A program made the position numbers and the translations under genes. From NCBI GenBank assembly GCA_051362555.1, contig CM120644.1, positions 1,000,954 through 1,064,953 of the forward strand: a stretch of 64,000 nucleotides of DNA. The letters are read 5' to 3'. Source of the DNA: Lingula anatina. Lineage: Eukaryota > Animalia > Brachiopoda. The notes beneath the pieces were generated by a model. That model did not search any database, was not told the DNA's origin, and saw only the letters and a program-made list of their open reading frames with translations. Shown here in pieces: positions 12,315 through 26,268 of the stretch (its first letter is position 1; each line of letters opens with the position of its first letter).

Positions 12315-15300
12315 GCCCGCATTCACAACGAGTTGAGCCAGGCTTTACAAATCCTGGGGACTAAATATGGCGGACGTACATGAAAGAAAAACCGTATAAT
12401 CTTTTAACAGTCTCTCCGCCTCACACACGCCTCTCCATGCGTCGTCCCTGCGGGGGTACAGTCATTAGATTTCGGCTCCATTGGGACAAAGAGTTATAAC
12501 AGAAGGAGATTACACGCGTGGGGGCGGAGCCCGTATTACGGTCTCTCATTGGTCGGAATGAATAGAACCCAGAGAACAATGGGTTCCTATCTCTGTTACG
12601 CTTTCCGTTACTCTCGTTTAAATCTCGTTTGTCAGAATAGGTGCCTTCGTCTGTCGTTTGGAGAGGACACAAACAGAAACGCAGTCAAAAGTTTCTTAAA
12701 ATGAGAGAATTACAGAGTGCAGAGGATATAACGTTGGATAAGGTTATCAAAAAACAGGTAAGTGCTTTTAAATGCATAACTACTCGAAATATGAAGATAA
12801 ATTGCAACTTTTATGCCGTGGGGTCTCACTGTGTAAGTGTCCAGCTCCACGTCGATCTCGCGAGGTGGTGTGTGGAGAATAAATATTGCACGAAAAATAT
12901 TTCCTACTCATAACAAGTGCTTTTAAATATAGTATCAGATGAAGAAAGTTTGGTCTTTATACAGTTGCAATTGTTAAGTTATTTGTGGCAATAGCATAGA
13001 ATAAAACTTAGGTGCACTTTCAGTAGCCTAATAACAAGCAGATGCATAAGCCGCCATCTTGTTTATGTTTCGAAAAAAAAATAACTCCAAAAGACATTTT
13101 CCTCCTACTTTTTGGTACTTGTGTCACATGACAGTCATAAAATTTAACTAATTGGTGTGTGTGCAATACATTTTCTTGAGCAGTGTTGTTGGTTTTTTCG
13201 ATTTTACATGTGGTCTAGCTTGAATACGACAAGGGTCAATTTGCACGAGTCCAGATCAAAAAGTGTTACGCTTGTTACGGCCAAAAGCCTGAACGTTTTT
13301 TTGCACTTTTCAAATGCTTGATTATAAAAGATTTTGGTGTGTTTAGATTCTTGAACATCTTGGTCGTGGCTTGGTATATATTGCATGGGTATTGCTCCAA
13401 TATTTCTTGAAAAAAATAACCCGTTTTGTTCAGAATACCAATTTTTTACTTTAGTGTTATGGGTAAATGTACCATTTTTGCCTTTACCTTTTTCGTGTTT
13501 AAAACCAAGAAGACTTATCATGACAGTTGGTCATCATTTTTCTTCTCACCATGGTGGGTGGCTTTGGAGTGGTAACTTTGTTGTTAAAGTAAGGTGCTCA
13601 GTTATTTTGACTGGAAAAGTTTTGCCTCCACTCAGCATTTTCCATCATGGCGGTCTAACGGGAAGTTTGACTTCACAGTGTCTTTGGTATAGTTATTTTA
13701 AACTTATTTAGTCTTCTTTTTACATATATATGTTTTAATTCATATTAAACCTTTGAAAAAAGAACACACATGAATCCTGGTGCTTCTTTATTTAAAGTCT
13801 TAAGGTTTTAAGTTCACCTAGGCTCCACCAATTACTTTACCTGTTATCTCACTACACATCTCCCTTTGAGTCAAGGTGTGTAAGACACACCTTATTGTGT
13901 AAGACGCCTCTATAATCAAGGGGTACTTGCTTCTCTACTTTAATTATACTTCACTACTTTGGCATGTTAGGTGGCAAGCTTGGATGTTTCAGTTCATTTT
14001 AAGAAAGAAGCTTTGCCTTGGTGGTTACAAAAGAATAGAGCCCTATTAAGGTTTATTCATTACTTGAAAGTAAATATTTCATCTTGCAGTGTTGAAACAG
14101 AAATTCTCTCAAAATTGATAATGAATTTTACATGCATATCTTAACACTACTCAAGTTTTTTTTCTTCTATTATAGATATGGGAGAAGGCTGCATTGAATA
14201 TATGAATTATGGTCAGGCTGGAAAAAATTTAAAAATGTCAATGAAAAAGGAAGGTCAGCGTGTCTGGGGTAAGTTACTTTTGTCATAATGCCTAAGATGC
14301 ATTAAACATTCACTAACAACAGTACCCTTTTTAATTTTTTTTCAAAATACAACAACCTTGGGCATTTTCCTTTTAGCAACCAGCCTCTCTGAAATCCCCT
14401 TATTGTCCTGTCAGAAGAGTAGGAACTAGGGCAGATTTAAATAATTTCTTGTAATAAGTACAATTTCTTTCAATTTCTTGGGGTTATTAGCTTGTGATCA
14501 TGAATCTTGATATTCTACATAAATATAGTTGTAAATTGTACATTTATGTGGTGAACATTATTTCAGTCAAGTCATAACAAGACACATTAAACTTCACTGC
14601 GTAATTCCATAATGTCTACATGGATACTAGTAGTTCATAATGCTATTATTATGTTTTTTTTTCTAACCTACAGGTTTCTCTCTTTTCTGAGTGGCATGGC
14701 ATTGGCAGGCGGAAGAAAAGGCCCTGAAGAAATTCTCCCTTAAGTTGTCCTTTTTGGAGAAGAAACTGGATAAGACTGGCCAACAGAGATTGCATTAAAT
14801 TAATAGTGCTCCTTCATGACATTTTAAAATATTTTCAGTCACCTAACTGACTCTATACATTTCAAAAGTTGACATAAATTTTATGTTACTGTCACGTGGA
14901 AAAAAATTCAAAACCTATATATAATTTGTTGAGTGCCATGGTATAACAGTCTACCTGATTGCCAGTAAAATTTGGACTGTTTCAGTGAAATTTCTTTAAA
15001 GCAGTCACTTACTGGCCCAGTTATTTTTTTCAGCTGTAACATGTACTCCAGTTCATTTTATAAATGTTCTTACTGATTTATAATAACCTTTTGAAAATCC
15101 CATGTTTTTTATCCTATTTGTAAGAATTAGCCACTTTATCTTCTAGGTTTTTTTTTCATTCAGCCCATTAGATTCTCAGACCTTGCTGGCCTGTGAGTGG
15201 AATAGTATCTGGCACAGACTGGTATCAGCAAGTCAGATAAAAAAGAATATAATTATTTCTATTTGCACGGTTGAAAAAAAATTCCAACACAGACTGCATA

Positions 15301-16495
15301 AAACTTGGAAAACTATAGCAACTTAATCATTCTTATGACTTCATTAATTACTGCTTGTGTGTAAAATTTTGTTTTTGTTCTTCTATTGATATAATAAAAT
15401 GGTTTTACTCACAGATGCTACTATCATGATGCTTGAGTATAGAGTTGATTAAAAGATATTTTAAGTTAATATAGTAAATAATAGTTTGAAATTCAAAATT
15501 CTCATCTTTATTTGTTTCACTTTAAAGAGCTCAGTTAATACTAAAATTTCTGATATATTTTGTACATAAATATATTTATGAATGAACAAAAATTATTCTT
15601 AATGTTTAGCACTGTGCACTTGTTTACCGACAAATAAGAAGTGTTAGTATGTGTCAAAATAATCCTGAAAATAAAAAGGGAGATTTCCAAGATAAAGAAA
15701 TTTATAACGAGTATTTAGTAAACTGACATGTCGTGGCATTGCCTCAACCTTTGATTAACATTTCACTTCAATGCATTATGATATTAAAATTATACCGAGT
15801 GAGAGAAAAAAAAATACTTAAAGAAATTTAAAACCAGTCACAAAGCTTAGGCACTGTCTCAATGTATATGTTTATGGGACCAAAGGGCAGGGGGTCCAAA
15901 CGTTTATGTATTAATATTATGCCCTTTGGCAGTGAGGACAGACGTTCACTTGAATGTCATTTTCACAAACCACAGTTGGGACGTTTTCTTTTGACTTATC
16001 CTTGGTGATTTTTCACTGAGTTGTGCAAAAGAAAAGCCATCTATCACCGACTCAAAAATACTCATGGCGACCATCCTCAGTCACCACCTTATAATCGCTT
16101 TCTATGATATCGTTCCCTCCCAGCACATCGTCCAAATAACTACCTGTGAAACAATCGTCAGCATACAGCGCCGCTTTGACACTACTGATCTCGAATTCTA
16201 ACGCGAAATAACGCATATAAAATCAATCTCCAAGCGGAGGAGAGCGACCCAGACGAAACCTTGAGACAGGAGGCCCCCCGTAGCTAGCTCCGCCCACCGT
16301 AACAGACATCGGACAATAGAGAGGCTTGCGTGTAATCTCCTTCTGTTATAACTCCTTGATTGGGACGACACATGGGGAGGCGTGTGAGAGGCGGAGAGAC
16401 TATTTTAAAGTTAGGCGCTTTTTCTTTCATGTACGTCTGCCATATTTAGTCCCCAGGATTTGTAAAGCCTGGCTCAACTCGTTGTGAGTGCGATC
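12315..16495. mobile_element. Second copy of the 302-bp Harbinger-like MITE, split by a 3.9-kb insert
   Basis: TAA TSD at 12312-12314 and 16496-16498. The arms match 11540-11841. Segments 12315-12486 plus 16366-16495 total 302 bp. Confidence 0.85.
12487..16358. mobile_element. P-superfamily-like (P/Galileo-type) non-autonomous element, 3872 bp
   Basis: 31-bp TIRs CAA(A/G)GAGTTATAACAGAAGGAGATTACACGC (30/31). 7-bp TSD ATTGGGA at 12480-12486 and 16359-16365. No intact transposase seen; superfamily inferred from the CA terminus and TSD length. Confidence 0.7.
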
Positions 16496-19400
16496 TAAGA
16501 CGAGTGAACCCCATTACGCCGGTTTCTGTGGTCCAGCGCAAGCACGACAATCCGCTGTAACTAGTTGTGATTAACAGCAGGATACATCAGCCAGAAGGTC
16601 CCTATTGTTTGTTGCAGCGATAGGATTATAGCTGTAAGAGGCTAAAACCCATGCTAACGCGTGCCACGCGAAGCGAACTGTCCTTTTGTTCACTAGTTTG
16701 GCACGCGCAGCTGGTTTTTAGTGTTGCTAACAAACTGCTAGTTAAATTTGTTATCAGTCATTTCATCCTATATGAAAATTTCCGCAGTCAAAAATTGAAC
16801 TAATTATTGTTTGTTTGGTTGAAATGCATGAGCGTCAACATCAATCTGTCTCAAAAAATTCTTATTGCATTAATTTATAAATAATTTATTTATGTACTTA
16901 CGTTTTAATTTGAAATATCTGCATTCAAGCATTCAAATATTTATAAAGCATGAATGATAATGAAAGAGGAATAAGGAAAGAATATATTACTTATATTATG
17001 CTTATATTATAATATTGAAATTAAATGAGGTGCATTGACATAGGCGTAATGACAATCCAACTACAACGTGCAACAGGGGGAAGTCTGGCTGTGTGATCAT
17101 ACAATATACGAAAGTACGGTCAATTAACAGTGTAAATCATCAGTTTAAGAGGAGGGTGTCTTACTATAGGTCGCTATATATTTTTAAACGCGACTGTTAA
17201 TATCTCTCGAACAAGCTTAAATCATGGCTATACAATTACTGTGTCTCCGGCTGCCGTTCAGAAACGCCATGTCGAACATATTTTGCTACAGTGAGAAACA
17301 TGGTACACTAGCGACTTGTTTTAGATCACTCAAGAAAGGATGCATACGTGCGACACCTGAGGAAAAACAATCAAGTATGCATCTGATCCATTAATAGTAA
17401 TTGCACAGTGCATGTTACTAGACCTTTGTCCTATCTCAGTAGTTAGGAATAGGATGTTTGGATAAAAAGCTTATATTCAACTCGCTTAGAACTAGGGCGT
17501 GATGCTACTATCATCCGATGAAACATGTAACTGAACCCTCTACCTGAACCTGAAGTCCCTTTAGCTGAAACAAAAACTGCCCCTTGAACATGTCCATTTT
17601 TTAAGCGTCAAATGATTTGTGATTTCATTGAACGTCTTTGATCGAAAACTTTCAAATGATAATAACCAAACCGTGTGTTGATTATTCATTAAAGCGTAAT
17701 TAAGTTTATTCACCATGATCTATTTTGTAAACAATACTTGCCTAGATTGTGCTTGGATTGGTCATCGTCACTATTAAGCTACTCGCCTATAATGCATGCT
17801 GAGCGACACAGCTTAAAAATATCTGTGTAACTGTGCAAATGAACACATTTAGTTAAAATATAACGAAGCCGCATTTAATCCATCCAACATATATATATTT
17901 TTTCTTTTAAAACCAGTGTAAGGTTAACGCCATATCAAAGCAAGCCTTGCAGACTGGTTTTGTTTAAACTGTCGTGCATCAAGTAAAGCTAAGTAAAGCC
18001 TGTTTCTACTTCGCAGTGCTCATCGCAGCCATAAAGCTGCATGAAGGATAACAAGACTCCGTAGCCCTGTGCTTCAGGTTTCCAGGAGTCCCGTGTAACA
18101 CAATAATATCGAAGAGTATGGCCTGAGAGTAATTCAAATATGAGGTCGTGTATGAAAGATTTTACAAATTAGAAAATCGCATCTAATATTGTTAAGATTA
18201 ACCTTTACTTTTATCGATCTCATCGTCTTGTCTCAACCTAAAAGAAATATAGTGAACATAAGGAAAAGTAACACGTTTACATGCAGGCGAAGGAGTTATA
18301 CTTCAATATTAATCGCGAACAATATCAACAGCGACTCAATACCGTTGCCTGTCTTTCACACTTTTACACAAACACACGAAGGTTTAATAAAGGGAGTCGC
18401 GGCGCGATATCTATCTCTTTCATTCGAACAAGCAAAGGGCTCACCCGAAGTAAGCTTTCTAAACTAATGTCCTTTTTATTGTATATTGTAATTTCTCTAC
18501 TTGCTCGCCTCCATTGTCTTGTAAAAGTGACAAAGAATGTGTTGTATTCACATACGAGTTGAAAGAACTTTGCATAACTCCTTTGCCTTGTTGCATAATG
18601 TCTTTCTGAAGGTTATAATCAGTGTGAAGAGGGTGTCTTGCCTCATTTAAAAAGGGGGTTGTTCTTCATACTGGTTGTTGCTTAACTTATGCTAATCTAT
18701 TATGTGCCAAAATGGTTTTAATAAATCGCCAAAATTATGACATTAATGAACATTGTGTATCAAACGTTTTGATACGATTTAAATAAATGGACGAGGAGGA
18801 TTACGGTATTAGGTTCTATTTACCTCTGGCGTTAACCTCGCCCTGCTATATAAATGAACAAATGTTGCAGAACGTTACAAAAAACTTTCTTATAGTTTTT
18901 TTATGACATGTATGATTTACACATTTGATAGTGAAACACTATCGACTTTAACGAATCACCTGACGTAAACTGTCTACCCACGCTCCCCGAAAAAACTGTT
19001 TCTTTTAATTTTGAAATGAATTGCTTTTAAGACAAAGAAGTCCATTAACCCTTTTAGAACTCATTGTCATTGTACAGCATGTTATAATCGTTATTTAAAA
19101 ACTTAATTTTTGTACTCCGCTTTCATCGGGGATACCTCAGGTTGAGGTTACAATTACGTCGCTCGCCTATGCTACTGGAATATATATTTAAGGACAAACT
19201 AAGCCTTGTAAAGTCCATATTGTCACACACCATAGATACTTAATTTTGTCTTGAATGAAAAAATAGCCTCAAATTATCGTTTTGTGCTTAAGCCTTTCAT
19301 AACTTGAACCAAGATCTGATATACAGTGTACTATAGCTACCAAGACGTACATTCATCAAGTTGGGTCTGCTGGGGGAGGGGAGCATTTAAATGATAAACG

Positions 19401-19952
19401 AGGAAGTGTATCTGCAAAAGCAGCAGCAGTGGTTTACATAATCGCTATCTAGACTCCTTTTTCTTTGACAGCAACATAAAAAGTGTTTAGGGAGAAAGTC
19501 ACACAAAGACCCGACGTTGTTTTGTCTTCACCATTTCCTCTTCCCTGTTTAATGCAATTACTATCGTCAATTAATGAAATCGAGAAAGCAATTAAGTGAC
19601 GGCACATTGAATATAGTCACTAGGTGCATTTCGTTGAGTGTTTACAAGATCTAGCGACACATTTTATCGCCACGCGTTCTAGTTTGATTAATCAGTGGGT
19701 GTTTATTATGAATCGGGGAATCAGGAGATACATGTATGTCCCTAAATGGGGAGATTCTCGAGGAGACCAGTAGTGTTGAAAGGTCTGAATACTTTTGTCT
19801 GATAAATGTGGAAACTAGCTTAGATTATCATACAATGAGTGCTATCATACGTGCCTTAGATCGTCAGTATGTGCAACAACAAGTGACGCAAAAACGGCAA
19901 AATGTAAGCAAGGAGGCGTGTGTGGGGGGGGGGGGGGGGGGGGGGGAGGGTA

Positions 19953-22900
19953 CACTATAGCTAATAAGTCCCCGGTCACTTTAATAGCACACGCTGTCTA
20001 CATCAGACGCGCTAATGCGCACGTCCCCGACAGTGTTAATGATAGGGGGATTGCGATGGACAGCGCATGTTGCTCACAGCAGTAGGCACTACCGCCGAAG
20101 TTAAACCGGTAATTAAGTCTTTAACTTGACTAAACATGCTTTGCTTTGTAACTTGCGTCCTTCAGTCTTGCTGTTGCGGAAGCGCCGGCGGGACATATCT
20201 CCACCTTGCCGATATTTATCCCGACTCTCGACTTTAAAAGTATTATTGGCTTTGATTTTATCAAAGTCTTATTATATCAGAAAACCTGCATATTTTCATA
20301 CGTTAAGAGAATTATAGAAACTGTAGAAAAAGCTACTCGTACATCAGGGATAAAAAACAGCACCTTGCAGCACTATTATTCATCACCAGAAGTTACTGTT
20401 TCACTTTTTTCTCCCAAATTACAAAGTCTGATGACAACTGAAAGCCTTTAGCCATACCTCAGGGCAGTGGGAGATAGTCTGGATTTGATTAAATGTAATA
20501 AAAGTATATTTTGAAGAATTTTCCTAGCCTTCGCCAATTTCCGCAAAGCTTCGGCATGCGCGGCAATACAGAGCTGTCGATATCTGATCAATAGAATTGG
20601 TGGAACAACGGGTAACGTCGTTGAGTCGTCTGCAACCTACCCGACGGGAGTTCGTGTCCCTGTCGGTGCTTTTGAAGATTTTGATATTGTCATTATTATA
20701 AATATCGATTAATATATAAAACAGTCGTGGCTAATTGTTTTTGCAACGGAAAGCACAGTAGGGAGGTTTGTTGTTATTGTTAAAGTATTTATTACTGGGG
20801 ACATAAATTAGTATGCTAATCTCTTATCATGGTATAATGATTGATATGATGGGTATCAAATAGTTTTCCTTTGATATAAACAACAAAAGAGCGGCCTTCC
20901 AAATATCTTTGCTGAATGTTTTTAACGTAGGTACTATATAAATATAAAAAATATTGATACATGACGCAAACGACATTTACTAATTTTGGTAATATCAATT
21001 TTAATTAAAATTAAATTTAATTGAAATTAAAATTAAAATTTGTCTAAACGTGCATATTACCATTCACCTTGTTTAAAGGGTTCGCAACACTTTACATTCT
21101 AATACATTTTGCCAATTTTCATGTTTGCTAGTTTATTTTGATTTGAGAGAAAGCGAGAGAAGACCCTCTACTAGGGCCGCAAATTAATTATGAGTATTTT
21201 TCTTCAGTGCAAGAGACTGTGTAATGAAAAATCAATCTGTAACTCTGGTAAAGGGTGGCCTTGTGTGTGTAATAATATACAAGTAGGGGCAGGGGTACAG
21301 TTTTATAGTACAAATAGTCATTTTATACATCTTATTGATCTCATCGTCGGGTCATTGTTTACAATAGCGCTTTGTCGCTGTGCGTACCTTTTTGCATTTG
21401 AGTTAGACTCAGTCAGTAACAGCTGGTGATTTTGTCTTTTTTGCGTTTCATTGACAATATTTTGGCCACCTAAGTAGGGAAATGTGGCTCTTTGTTTTGA
21501 AATGACATTTCCATTGTTCCTTTGAACACGCAAAAGTCAACACACTTACGTCAACATACTTACTTTGTAATACCAACCCAGGGGAAGAAACAAAAGCCTC
21601 ATAAGGTGTCGTCATTTACACTGTAAAAGGTGTTAATTTCATGCTTCTATTGTTTGCCCATGAATCATTATGACAAATTTGTAGGGTTGCCAGATCACTG
21701 GCGCTTCATTCAATTCTCTATATCTGCCCTGCAGCCTGGGATGAGTGATACTTGACTGACCTTTGTTTACATCTGGAGATTTTCTTTATAATTCGATCAG
21801 TGTGCATAAATTATGATATTTTCCATCAGGAAAAATACGTGATAATGTTACGATTCTTATTTTACGGATACATAATTACAAAAATTAATTCCTGATTTAA
21901 TACCCCCTATTTCAGCGCCTATTCCTGGCTGCGTTAATTATGGGGGGTTGGAAAGTAATCCGTTAGAACGCAGGAGTGATGATTGCTACTCTTACCAACG
22001 GTGCATCACCGATCAACTAATCTCAGCCACCTGAAGCAGAATCACCAACAAAAGACAAATTGGACTACATCTGCCCTCTTGTTGAAACATATTATGTAAA
22101 AAAGGCGATAACGGTCAAAACATACGTGCTTCGTGGTTTATTAAATGTTCGTCGTATTTTTTCGTTCATTATTCTTATGAGTTAAGCAGCTTCACCTCCG
22201 TGACACCCTTTTTATTTATTTAAACCATTGTTAGATAAACCATGGGTTTCACTCCAGATTTCATGATCGAGCAGCTGATCATGAGGAGAGTGTAGCATGC
22301 TATAGTAAACTACCCCAAATATATACCCAACACCTCCAGGGTTTCACGATCGAGCAAGTGATCATGAGGAGAGAGTGTAGCAGAGAACTTCATTAATGGT
22401 CGTCATAATTGGTGGTTGCCTTGGGAAAATGAGTTACATGATTACATAATACAGATACATAATAACATAAGATTAATACTAAAATTTTCCCTGATACAAA
22501 AACCCCTATTTGAGCGCTTCTTCCTGACTGCGTTAATTACGGGTGATTAGAAAGTAATCTATGAGGACGCAGGAGCGATGATTGCTACTCCTACCAGCGG
22601 TAAATCACCAATTTACTTGACTCCGCTACTTCGAGCAAAATCACCACCAAAAGACAAATTAGACCACGTTCGTCCTCTTATTAAAACAAAGAATGCAAAA
22701 ATGTAATGTCGGTCAAAGAAGAGGCCTAGACTACGTGCTTCATGGTTTATTAGATAGGCCTATTCATTGGATTTTTTTAGTTCATTATTATAGCTTCACC
22801 TCGCGAGACCCTTTTTTATATATTTAAAACACAGCACCCCACTGGTTTCGCGATCATGAAGAAAGGGAGTGTAGCAAAGAACCTCATTAATGGTCGTAAT

Positions 22901-24076
22901 AATAGGTGGTTGCATTGTAGGCCTAACCTTGTTCATTTTAGTCGACAGACTAAGCTAGAAGAAAAAACAGATCATTATCGCCTCTCTTTACTTAGGAACA
23001 ATAAGGATGTCTATTGGCAGCATTTATAAGTTCTTTTATTTAGAAACTTTCCGATCCTTTGTCTGGGACTGCGTCCGAGAAACGGCGATAACGACAGAGA
23101 CGTCCTCGAACATTTTGGACTCAGTGCAAATAAAAAAAATTCCGTTAAGAAGTAGCCTTTAAATGTCCTGGCAAATAACTTTGCGATGGCTCAGAGAGTT
23201 CTAGAATGAATGACAAGCAACGACATTAGGGTTAATAATAGACTAAAAACTATCAGAGTGTAAGCCTGTCTTACTTCATTTCTAAGGCCATGTTGTGATA
23301 CGAGTCATGCTACACTACAAAAGAGGGGGTAGCAGTGGATGATTTAATACAGGGATACCATCGATAGTATATCAATAGAAAATCGCAATCCTCAAATGTT
23401 TTTTTAATTCATTAAATATAAACGGTCTTTTCTCGTACAATGGGTCTGGTATAGTTGTATTGGCCTATCAGTTGGAAACACGTGGTTCGTCTACAATTGC
23501 AAATGGCGGAGGTGCCGTGGTAGTTATTGTCATAAAATTAGCTGGATACGGTGCACGTGAGAAAATTATTCATTAAATTTAGTTTTCGAGCGTCAGCCTA
23601 ATCTGGTAAAATGCGAGACGAAAAAAATGATAGATAGAGCCTTATGACCCACTGTAGAATGATGCCGAATAATACATCAACGACGTAGTTTATCGGCAGA
23701 TAAACGTGTTTCCATTCTCGGCTGACTGAGGAAAGATTTGAGAGAGCATTTAAAGAAGAGGCGGTCGAACCAATAGTGAATAGGAAGTGTGCTGCAATCA
23801 AGACGAACAATACCGATCATAAGTGGACAGCTAATAACCCCTAATTAAGCCCGGGTTACGCGCTGCTGTGTTGACTCCTTGCTGGGAAGGGGTAGCGGTC
23901 TCCTACTGCTGTGCGTAATCAAACATTGTCTTCTAACATGCGGCTACACGACGGTTGCATTGTATTAATAAAGTAATACCTATTCATAAGGAAGGGGGCG
24001 GATGGTAATCTTACGAGTATTAAATCAGTTATCGATCACACGCGTACCAATAGTCGTGTTTTTTTTAGCTATACGG
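19953..24076. mobile_element. 4.1-kb TA-flanked non-autonomous DNA element nested in copy B
   Basis: TA at 19951-19952 and 24077-24078. Short TIR CACTATAGCTAA / TTAGCTATACGG. The uninterrupted host junction (GG-TA-TTTGTATGTG) is visible in copy C near 31290-31310. Confidence 0.7.
21865..22915 (+). repeat. Diverged tandem duplication, period about 585 bp
   Basis: Shared blocks such as GATACATAAT, CTGCGTTAATTA, GATGATTGCTACTC, CAAAAGACAAATT and CATTAATGGTCGT occur in the same order in both halves. Confidence 0.7.
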
Positions 24077-24223
24077 TATTTTGTATGTGTAGTTGGATAA
24101 AATAAAATTGTCCAGAATAGTGTACGTACAGGTTTGAGAAGTTGAACATGAAAACGTTTTCGACTGATAATAAAAAACATCATGAAAAAAACGAAATAGA
24201 ATGTTTAGAAAATTAAACAGTTA

Positions 24224-24438
24224 GGCTCTATTCCCATAGATTTTAGATCGATCTATCCCCGTGGGGAGTCTCACTAGATTGCTTTCAGATAATCCGACTT
24301 AAATGTCCGTCCCGCCTACTACAAGCTGTAAGGGGGTAATTAACTTTCGTGTCCGTTCGGCTGACAGCTATTTAGCGTGAGCCCCCAGGGTGTTAGGTCG
24401 ATCTAAAGTAGGTCGATCTAATCTATAGAAATGGGGTG
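24224..24438. mobile_element. PIF/Harbinger-like MITE (inverted relative of 11358-11863)
   Basis: TTA TSD at 24221-24223 and 24439-24441. The host reads AAACAGTTA-CTCTGGCGG in copy A. Confidence 0.75.
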
Positions 24439-24830
24439 TTACTCTGGCGGCTTTCCGTCATTGCTATGAATCTGACATCGAATTGAGTCCAAAATATTAG
24501 TAAATTCAGAATTATTAGCTAAAACGTAAGTTGCTCTAATTTGTCAGATAATCAAAAATGCCGGTGATCCACGCGGAGGGTACGCTTTGCTGGAGGTAGC
24601 GGCGACGAACGGCGACGATATTTTTCTGAACAGTGAACCTGTATTTGTTACGAAAAGCCCCCTTTTCAACAGGCGCGTTTTATTAATTACTTCATGTCAC
24701 AAAGTTAATTTATACAGGCAAAACGTTATTCAATGGAATAGTTTCACGAAATTAACGAGAGTAAAATATAAGTCGGCACAAATATAAGTCATACAACAAT
24801 GAGTCATGTTATGGGTCATGTTATGGGCAT

Positions 24831-25570
24831 GATATAGTTGCTCAGTTTGGCTTCAATTTGATGTTGTATGCAGATGATTCCCAGATATATGTTATATGTG
24901 AAAATCCTTGTGATGAAAAAGCAACTATTGAGGCTTGTGTGAATGAACTTAGATCTTGGCACAAGTCCAACTACTTAGTTTTTAATGATGAAAAAACTGA
25001 ATTAGTCCATTTCAACTCTAAGTTTTCCAAAGACAATACTGCACTTGATAGTATTAGAGTTTGGGATTCTTTTATAATACCAACAACAGAAGTAAGGAAC
25101 TTGGGTGTTATTTTTAATAACAAATGTGAAATGACATCACACATTAACAAAGTATGTAAAACAGCATATTTTAGTCTCCAACGGATATCCAAGATCTTTC
25201 ACCTTATTAACACCAAGCAAACTGAATTACTCATCCATGCATTTGTAACTTCTAGACTGGCTTATTGCAATAGCCTATTGTTTGGAATACCTAACTATCA
25301 AATGGAAAAGCTACAATCAAGAACTCTGCTGCTCGTCTCTTCTGTAAAGCTCAGAAGTCCGACCACATCACACCAATTCTGCGAAACCTCCACTGGCTAC
25401 CCGTGTCTCAACGAATAGTTTTTAAAATATTACTTTTGACTTTTAAGATTTTAAAGGGCGACTGTCCATTTTACTTAAACTCTACCATAGAACTTTTAAC
25501 TCCTATCAGATCATTTCGATCTAGTGGACAACTTCAACTTAAGCGAAAAGACACCAAAAAGACTCTTAAA
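24831..25570 (+). mobile_element. L2/CR1-group LINE RT fragment, truncated at both ends
   Basis: LYADDSQIY, VRNLGVIF, LIHAFVTSRLAYCNSLL; after a frameshift near 25318 it reads HITPILRNLHWLPV. It replaces about 500 bp of the host element. Confidence 0.85.
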
Positions 25571-25968
25571 TAATCGCAGTGTAATCTTCACATGGTCCAA
25601 GGGGTAAATATACACATTCTTAATACTAGGACGGTACATTTATTTATTTATTTATTTGAAAATTGAAAATCAAAATTTGGTCTTTCGAGAAATCGTTTTG
25701 GTTCAAATAACACAAACAACCTAATTAGGCAAATTACTTTAAAAAAAACGTTTTGATGTGGTCCCCCCCCCCACACACACATTTTTTTATTTGCCATGTA
25801 AAAAATCAGCCATTTTTCATTACATGCTGAGACTATTGTGGTAAAAATATTCAAAATAAATAAGTTTTTTATAAACATCGCAAAAAATGATAATCGAAGA
25901 CCAACTTGCAACAGGGGGAAAGCCTGACAATCCGATCACTTAATTCTCGCCCCTACATTATAGCGCTG

Positions 25969-26219
25969 GCCCCCGTTTCATAAAGCATCTTAAATCCGTA
26001 GATGACCAGCTCGAGATGAGTGACCTAGCTAGGTCGACTACGCTGCAGTCGATTAGAATGTTTCATAAAAAAATCTTAAGTCCCAGCTCGGTGTGCTTAC
26101 CGTAGTCGATGCGCACGAGAAACCCCTAAGAAAAGGAGGTGTAAGGATTCCTAAATTTTTACGAGACATGACATTTTATGGTCTCTTTCGGTCGAGAACG
26201 GACGTTTAACAACAACAAC

Positions 26220-26268
<49 letters not shown>

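Larger units (their letters stand above)
12142..25634 (+). mobile_element. Copy B (long variant) of the 4.4-kb element, expanded to 13.5 kb by nested insertions
   Basis: Starts TA-CAGTGGTAGTAATAATTTTG and ends TAATACTAGGACGG-TA. Host segments 12142-12314, 16499-19952, 24079-24830 and 25571-25634 are colinear with copies C and D. Confidence 0.8.

Noticed and set aside
21975-22710. DKLDHVRPLI / DKLDYICPLV resembling a piggyBac transposase motif
   Set aside because: Too short; no other piggyBac motifs or TTAA/CCC ends.
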